From: Nitrospirota bacterium
Lineage (GTDB): Bacteria; Nitrospirota; Nitrospiria; 2-01-FULL-66-17
Reading direction: 5' to 3'
DNA: 49,931 nt
Assembly (NCBI GenBank): GCA_049325335.1
Contig: JBMOMC010000045.1
Location: 1 to 49,931 of the forward strand
The notes under the pieces are model-generated. The model had not been told where the DNA came from. It did not search any database and saw nothing but the letters and a program-made list of their open reading frames with translations. Position numbers and translations under genes: made by a program. Shown in pieces: positions 48,872-49,931 of the stretch (position 1 is its first letter; each line of letters starts with the position of its first letter).

Positions 48872-49931
48872 GTCACAGAACCTACCGCGGTCTTGGCGTG
48901 ACTGAAACTGCGATTCCCAGCCGGGTGATCTGGCATGAACTCCTCGTCACAGAACCTACCGCGGTCTTGGCGTGACTGAAACTCTTTTCTTCGCGATGCG
49001 TTGGGCCTTCCCCTTCCGTCACAGAACCTACCGCGGTCTTGGCGTGACTGAAACGATACCGATTATCACGCTGTCCGTCGTCCGCGATTCCGTCACAGAA
49101 CCTACCGCGGTCTTGGCGTGACTGAAACTCGTGACGGGACTCTCGACTGCGTGTGCGGCGCTTTGGTCACAGAACCTACCGCGGTCTTGGCGTGACTGAA
49201 ACCTGTGACATGGGTTGACGTGACGTGCCGAAGAAACTCCGTCACAGAACCTACCGCGGTCTTGGCGTGACTGAAACCTTGGGAACGTGGGGCCATCGGA
49301 GTTGCAAGATTCGTCACAGAACCTACCGCGGTCTTGGCGTGACTGAAACAGAACAACGCGCTGCGGGCGGAGAATGAAGAACTCGTCACAGAACCTACCG
49401 CGGTCTTGGCGTGACTGAAACGCGGACTGCACCCGTTCGGCCTGCCGCTCCGTGACCGTCACAGAACCTACCGCGGTCTTGGCGTGACTGAAACGGATGA
49501 AGAAATATAGGATTAAGTCTGAGGGGCCGGTCACAGAACCTACCGCGGTCTTGGCGTGACTGAAACAAAACCACAATCAGCTTTCCTCCGATGGCAGCAG
49601 CGGTCACAGAACCTACCGCGGTCTTGGCGTGACTGAAACTGATAATACTCATCGGCTGCTGAGCCGACAATCGCGTCACAGAACCTACCGCGGTCTTGGC
49701 GTGACTGAAACATCGTCACCGCGATGAGAGGTAGCCATCCCGCGAATGTCACAGAACCTACCGCGGTCTTGGCGTGACTGAAACCTATTCCATATGAAAT
49801 TCAAGGCACTACCGCCGATGCGTCACAGAACCTACCGCGGTCTTGGCGTGACTGAAACACACAACGAGAATATCAGCAGACACCGGGAAATCATGTCACA
49901 GAACCTACCGCGGTCTTGGCGTGACTGAAAC
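48872..49931 (+). CRISPR. CRISPR array: 15 identical 37-bp repeats GTCACAGAACCTACCGCGGTCTTGGCGTGACTGAAAC and 14 spacers of 35-38 bp, truncated at window end
   Basis: Repeat starts 48872, 48946, 49018, 49092, 49166, 49241, 49313, 49385, 49458, 49530, 49603, 49675, 49748, 49822, 49895; 3' GAAAC end and leader position give + orientation. Confidence 0.99.

Noticed and set aside
49028..49752. Repetitive ORFs across the array
   Set aside because: Translations of CRISPR repeats
48909..49894. Self-targeting spacers
   Set aside because: No match to the rest of the window noticed by eye; an alignment is needed to exclude this properly

Overview
High-GC bacterial chromosome segment. Gene content and order (class V aminotransferase-serA-hisZ, split Rieske/cytochrome b complex, DUF4390-ntrY-ntrX) suggest Nitrospirota or a deltaproteobacterial-type lineage; this is an inference. 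The window is mostly housekeeping: the tRNA-Thr/Tyr/Gly/Thr-tuf operon start, tatA, dnaB, hisZ, serA, tamB plus an Omp85 gene, ntrYX, rlmD, tolQRAB, tRNA-Val/Asp, rsmD-coaD-aspartate aminotransferase and leuCD. Three regions deserve attention. (1) A pilin cassette with two tandem type IVa pilins (about 87% identical, apparently with separate sigma-54-like promoters) followed by a PilGHI/Xap-like ABC system. (2) A b6f-like Rieske/cyt b6/subunit IV/tetraheme cyt c operon containing an unannotated 36-aa single-helix gene. (3) A CRISPR adaptation module (cas1-cas2-cas4) transcribed away from a 15-repeat array that runs off the window end, with no effector or cas6 visible. Its Cas1 has an N-terminal extension with a sliding-clamp-binding-like motif (QYHLF). 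Also noted: a 6S-RNA-like rod, a probable ATT start codon for the Omp85 gene, and a probably leaderless DegT-family gene. All calls come from reading motifs by eye; no database searches were run.
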